Shown here: in pieces, positions 60,354-64,000 of the stretch
How positions within the stretch are numbered: position 1 is the stretch's first letter
Layout of the letters: the number at the start of each line of letters is the position of its first letter
Source of the DNA: an uncultured SAR86 cluster bacterium
GTDB lineage: Bacteria > Pseudomonadota > Gammaproteobacteria > Magnimaribacterales > D2472
Reading direction: 5' to 3'
Assembly: GCA_902601475.1 (NCBI GenBank)
Contig: CACKNK010000001.1
Coordinates: 59,075-123,074 of the forward strand
DNA: 64,000 nt
Program-made: the position numbers and the translations under genes
The notes under the pieces: generated by a model
Told to the model about the DNA's origin: nothing
Databases searched by the model: none
Seen by the model: the letters and a program-made list of their open reading frames with translations, nothing else

Positions 60354-61077
60354 AGTTCTTTACCCAATTCCTATTTTTTTCTCTATTAAAAATAATAATT
60401 TTACTTACTAAAACTCCCATGGATATTAATACAAAACCAAATGAGACAATACAAAGTATTAATGGGTACAACATTGCAGGATCTATCGATGGATTATCAG
60501 TTAAAGTTATTGAAGCTGGTTGATGGAGAGTTGACCACCAATCAACAGACTTTTTTATAATTGGTAAATTTACACACCCTACTATTGTCAAAATAGACAT
60601 CAAGTTATCAGCCTTATTTTGATTATTAAATGAATCATGTAATGCAATTAATCCCAAATACATTAAAAAAAGTATTAGGGTCGAAGTTATTCTTGCATCC
60701 CATTGCCACCAAGTACCCCAAGTTGGAATACCCCAAATAGATCCAGAAAATAATGCTAAAAAAGTAACTAAAAGGCCAACAAACGCAGCAGATTTTGTTA
60801 AGTATGCGGCTAATTTTACCTTCCAGATTAGGTATATAGCTGACCAGGCAGCCATTATCCAATATATAAGTTGAGCATATATAGAAGAAGGTACATGCAG
60901 ATAAATAATTCGATATGAATCTCCTTGTACAGCATCAGGAGGAGCAACAAAAATTCCCCAGGACCAACCAGCGATGATTAATACAATGCTAGGGATAAAT
61001 ACAAATAGAAAGTACTTATCACAAGTTTCGATATAGGTTTTTGCTGATGCAAATTTATTTATAATTTTATTAGACAC
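60346..61077 (-). CDS. ccmC: Heme exporter protein CcmC
   Basis: W-rich motif WGTWWQWDARIT, six TM segments. Confidence 0.9.
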   Translation of the reverse strand: MSNKIINKFASAKTYIETCDKYFLFVFIPSIVLIIAGWSWGIFVAPPDAVQGDSYRIIYLHVPSSIYAQLIYWIMAAWSAIYLIWKVKLAAYLTKSAAFVGLLVTFLALFSGSIWGIPTWGTWWQWDARITSTLILFLMYLGLIALHDSFNNQNKADNLMSILTIVGCVNLPIIKKSVDWWSTLHQPASITLTDNPSIDPAMLYPLILCIVSFGFVLISMGVLVSKIIIFNREKNRNWVKNYG

Positions 61078-61103
61078 TAATCTATATATAAGGCTCTGAA
61101 TTG

Positions 61104-61754
61104 CTATTCCAAATGCATTTTGAGTATAAGCGAAGATAAATAAGAAAACATAGGAGTAATAAGAAAGCTAATTCCGAGACTAAGCAGTAAAAAACTATCA
61201 ATACTTGAATTGTTTTGTAATAAAGTCAGCGATTGCCCAAAGATAATGATTACTGGAAAAACTAATGGCATGACAACTATAAGTCCAAGCAATCCACCCT
61301 TATTGATACCCAATGCACTCCCAAAAAGAAAGATATTTAAAAATAATATTTGGCAAAAAAAAGATATTAAAAAGAGATCTAGAAAAATAAATGCATCTAC
61401 GTTGTTAACACTTGCGAATAAAATAGTTAGCAATGACAAAGGAAGCGCTTTGTAAATAATCAAAATAATTAACTTTGCTAAAACGGATGAGAATAAACTT
61501 CTATTTTGAGTAAGAAACTGCTCAAATGAGCCATCTTCATAGTCCTCAAGCAAAATATCATCTATAGCAAGGTAATTTGTAAGCAGGAGAGAAATCACAA
61601 TAATTATCATGAATAGATCACTGGTCTGCTTGCCAAATAAATCAATACTCAATGGAAAAGCGATCATTATCAAAGCAAACAAGATCAAGGGAGTAAGCCA
61701 TGCTCTTGACTTGTAAATTAGTTTTGTTTGTTCCTGTGACAGGTATTTGATCAT
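61104..61754 (-). CDS. ccmB: Heme exporter permease CcmB
   Basis: Six-TM protein between ccmA and ccmC. Its start abuts the ccmA stop. Confidence 0.75.
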   Translation of the reverse strand: MIKYLSQEQTKLIYKSRAWLTPLILFALIMIAFPLSIDLFGKQTSDLFMIIIVISLLLTNYLAIDDILLEDYEDGSFEQFLTQNRSLFSSVLAKLIILIIYKALPLSLLTILFASVNNVDAFIFLDLFLISFFCQILFLNIFLFGSALGINKGGLLGLIVVMPLVFPVIIIFGQSLTLLQNNSSIDSFLLLSLGISFLITPMFSYLSSLILKMHLE

Positions 61755-62327
61755 TTAAATATTAATTGTTTTGGCTGGCATTGATATTGGGATGTGTGAG
61801 GTAATAATTATTGCTGCTCCATCATTTACCCTTTTTTGTAGTTTTTCTTGAAAAAATTTTGTAGTTGAATCATCTAATCCAACAAATGGCTCGTCTAAAA
61901 CAAATACCTGAGTATTTTTAATTACTAGTTTTGAAGCAAAAAAAGATTTCTTTTGCTGCCCAAACGAAAGATTTGAAAATCTTAGATTCAGCTTTTCATG
62001 CAAATCTAGTTCTTCTAAAACTTTTTGAGCATCAATAAGTTCATCCTCTGAAAGAATTAACTTTAGATTTTGTAATAAAGTGAGAAAGCCTTTAAAGGGC
62101 AATTTATGTCCATGGAATTGAATATTTAAATTTTCTTTTCTATGAACTACACCTTTTGTAGGCTCAACAATTCCTAAGATTATTTTTAAAAGCGATGTTT
62201 TACCTGAGCCATTTACACCTTGAATATGACAAATCTCATTTTTTTTAAGCTCAAAAGAAATTCCACGAATCAAATTATTTTCGTTTATTGAGTAATGGAC
62301 ATTATCCACTTCGATCAAATTACTCAT
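61755..62327 (-). CDS. ccmA: Heme exporter ATP-binding protein CcmA
   Basis: Walker A GVNGSGKTS, ABC signature LSFGQQKK, Walker B VFVLDEP. Short (~190 aa), as is typical of CcmA. Confidence 0.85.
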   Translation of the reverse strand: MSNLIEVDNVHYSINENNLIRGISFELKKNEICHIQGVNGSGKTSLLKIILGIVEPTKGVVHRKENLNIQFHGHKLPFKGFLTLLQNLKLILSEDELIDAQKVLEELDLHEKLNLRFSNLSFGQQKKSFFASKLVIKNTQVFVLDEPFVGLDDSTTKFFQEKLQKRVNDGAAIIITSHIPISMPAKTINI

Positions 62328-62330
62328 AGG

Positions 62331-62795
62331 TTATTTTTTGAACTTTCTAATTAAATTACCAGTATTTTCTAATGAATCCATTCTGATAGAAAATCTTTTC
62401 TCCAACTCATTAAATAGATTGGATCCATTTTTGCCATGGCCGCCAACAGAAAAAAAAATATCTTTGTGAAAAAAAATTGCTCTATTTTTAGCTAATCGTC
62501 TTTTAAAAACTAAATCTTTAATTGGAAGGTTTAAAGAGAATTTTCCCCAAACCTTCTCATTATTAAATGCTATTTTAGCCATAAAATCCCTAGCCTTCTT
62601 ATTAGGGAAAAATCCTGCTGGTACAAGGCAAAAAAAGGAATCTTTCAAACTTGCTATTTTTTCTGTTAAATCTTCTGCATCAAAATCTAAAAAAGTTAAG
62701 GAGGAGCCCTTTTCTAATTTATAGTTAGAGATCCTCTTTAACTGCCAAGAACTTCCACAGATAATATAAATAATCATTGAGGTATCGCGTACCAT
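62331..62795 (-). CDS. Hypothetical protein (weak resemblance to the C-terminal part of GT2-type glycosyltransferases)
   Basis: No firm motif. LTFLDFDAEDL and AIFFHKDIFFSVGGHG loosely recall GT2 blocks. It lies 3 nt upstream of ccmA. Confidence 0.3.
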   Translation of the reverse strand: MVRDTSMIIYIICGSSWQLKRISNYKLEKGSSLTFLDFDAEDLTEKIASLKDSFFCLVPAGFFPNKKARDFMAKIAFNNEKVWGKFSLNLPIKDLVFKRRLAKNRAIFFHKDIFFSVGGHGKNGSNLFNELEKRFSIRMDSLENTGNLIRKFKK

Positions 62796-62807
62796 ACCTC
62801 AAAGTTG

Positions 62808-64000
62808 TTAATTTACTTTATCGAAAGCTTGCTTGAGATCATCAGTAATGTCATCAATATGTTCCAAGCCAATTGAAAGTCTTACGTAACCAGGCGATAC
62901 TCCTGCAGATGCTAATTCATCTTCAGTCAACTGAGAGTGAGTGGTACTAGCAGGATGTATTGCTAAGCTTCTTGAATCACCAATATTAGCCACGTGATAA
63001 AACATTTCCAGCGAATCAATAAATTTCTTTCCAGCATCAAGACCACCTTTAATTTCGAAACCTAGGAGTCCGCCATGACCTCCTGAAAGATATTTTTCAG
63101 CTCTTTCCTTGTGAATGCCCTCAGCCACGCTTGGATGAGAAACAGATTCAACCTTAGCATGAGAAGCTAAGAATTCAGCTACCTGATTGGCATTTTTAGA
63201 GTGCTCCCTAATCCTTAGAGCAAGAGTTTCAAGTCCTTGAATAAAAATAAATGCATTAAACGGACTCATTGCAGCTCCCATATCTCTCAATAGAGTTGTT
63301 CTGGCCTTCAAAATATATGCAATTGGACCAAGCGGCTTTACAGCCTCAGTCCAAATAGCTCCGTGATAAGAAGGATCGGGCGTATTCAATGAAGGTTGTC
63401 TTTCAGCAAACTTTTCCCACTCAAAATTACCGCTATCAACAATAATTCCACCAATGGATGTTCCATGGCCACCAATATATTTTGTGGTTGAGTGAATAAG
63501 TGCTGTAGCACCATGATCAAAAGGCTTACATATGATAGGTGCAGCAGTATTATCAACAATTAATGGAATACCTAGAGGTTTCCCAAGCTCAGCAACTTCT
63601 TCTATTGGGAAGACTTTAAAAGAAGGATTTGGAAGAACTTCACCGTAATACGCTCTTGTATTTTCATCAGTGGCATCTTTAAAATTTTGAGGATTTTCAG
63701 GATCAACGAATCTAACTTCAATACCCATATCTTTAAATGGATTTTTAAATTGATTATATGTTCCCCCATAAAGATGAGCCGAGGCAACAATATTATCTCC
63801 AGCCTTCGCGATATTTTGAATTGAATAACTTGATGCGGCTTGTCCAGAGGCGACACCTAATGCTCCAACCCCACCTTCAAGCGTAGCAATCCTCTCTTCA
63901 AGCACTGCATTTGTAGGATTCATAATTCTTGAATAAATATTTCCTAGCTCAGATAAGGAAAATAGATTTGCGGCATGATCTGTGTTATCAAATTGATAAC
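62808..64000 (-). CDS. metY: O-acetylhomoserine aminocarboxypropyltransferase/sulfhydrylase (PLP-dependent), 5' end outside the window
   Basis: PLP-lysine block HSTTKYIGGHG and the GNIYSRIMNPTNAVLEERIATLEGG block. Hand translation shows the frame stays open upstream of the tracked Met to the window edge (...YQFDNTDHAANLFSLSELGNIYSRIM). Confidence 0.85.
   Translation of the reverse strand, partial: YQFDNTDHAANLFSLSELGNIYSRIMNPTNAVLEERIATLEGGVGALGVASGQAASSYSIQNIAKAGDNIVASAHLYGGTYNQFKNPFKDMGIEVRFVDPENPQNFKDATDENTRAYYGEVLPNPSFKVFPIEEVAELGKPLGIPLIVDNTAAPIICKPFDHGATALIHSTTKYIGGHGTSIGGIIVDSGNFEWEKFAERQPSLNTPDPSYHGAIWTEAVKPLGPIAYILKARTTLLRDMGAAMSPFNAFIFIQGLETLALRIREHSKNANQVAEFLASHAKVESVSHPSVAEGIHKERAEKYLSGGHGGLLGFEIKGGLDAGKKFIDSLEMFYHVANIGDSRSLAIHPASTTHSQLTEDELASAGVSPGYVRLSIGLEHIDDITDDLKQAFDKVN

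Overview
AT-rich, very gene-dense bacterial chromosome segment with about 70 protein genes, 2 tRNAs and almost no intergenic DNA. The synteny (smc-zipA-ligA, ccmABCDEFGH, a Xanthomonas-type arginine cluster, a TonB-dependent receptor, many SDR/GST/hydrolase genes) suggests a streamlined marine gammaproteobacterium. SAR86-like is only a guess. Most genes lie on the minus strand in three very long co-directional arrays. (i) argF'-argG-argE-arg(A/B)-argC-argH (23089->16294), preceded by a terminator/antiterminator leader. (ii) A 19-gene, ~15.7-kb array (39089->23423). It starts with a DhlA-like haloalkane dehalogenase and continues with two GSTs, two DUF1330 genes, DUF2855, a sulfatase, an MBL hydrolase, nitronate monooxygenase, a tandem DsbA/HCCA-isomerase-like protein, SDRs, an alpha/beta hydrolase, DUF1543 and DUF3604. 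A divergent TetR gene with a perfect 10-7-10 palindromic operator sits upstream of it. (iii) metY-hyp-ccmABCDEFGH(I?)-smc-zipA-ligA-slt (64000->50762). The most unusual items are: a stand-alone hyper-acidic protein with strict 11-residue periodicity and an internal 300-bp duplication (5095-5703); a 727-aa SMC with both heads but no recognisable hinge; a LigA with a ~40-aa insertion inside its zinc finger; a candidate attenuator in front of the arg operon; and four of eight convergent gene pairs sharing a TTAA double stop. I saw no CRISPR array, transposase, integrase, prophage or recognisable defence system. All family assignments come from motif reading and remembered reference sequences, not from searches.
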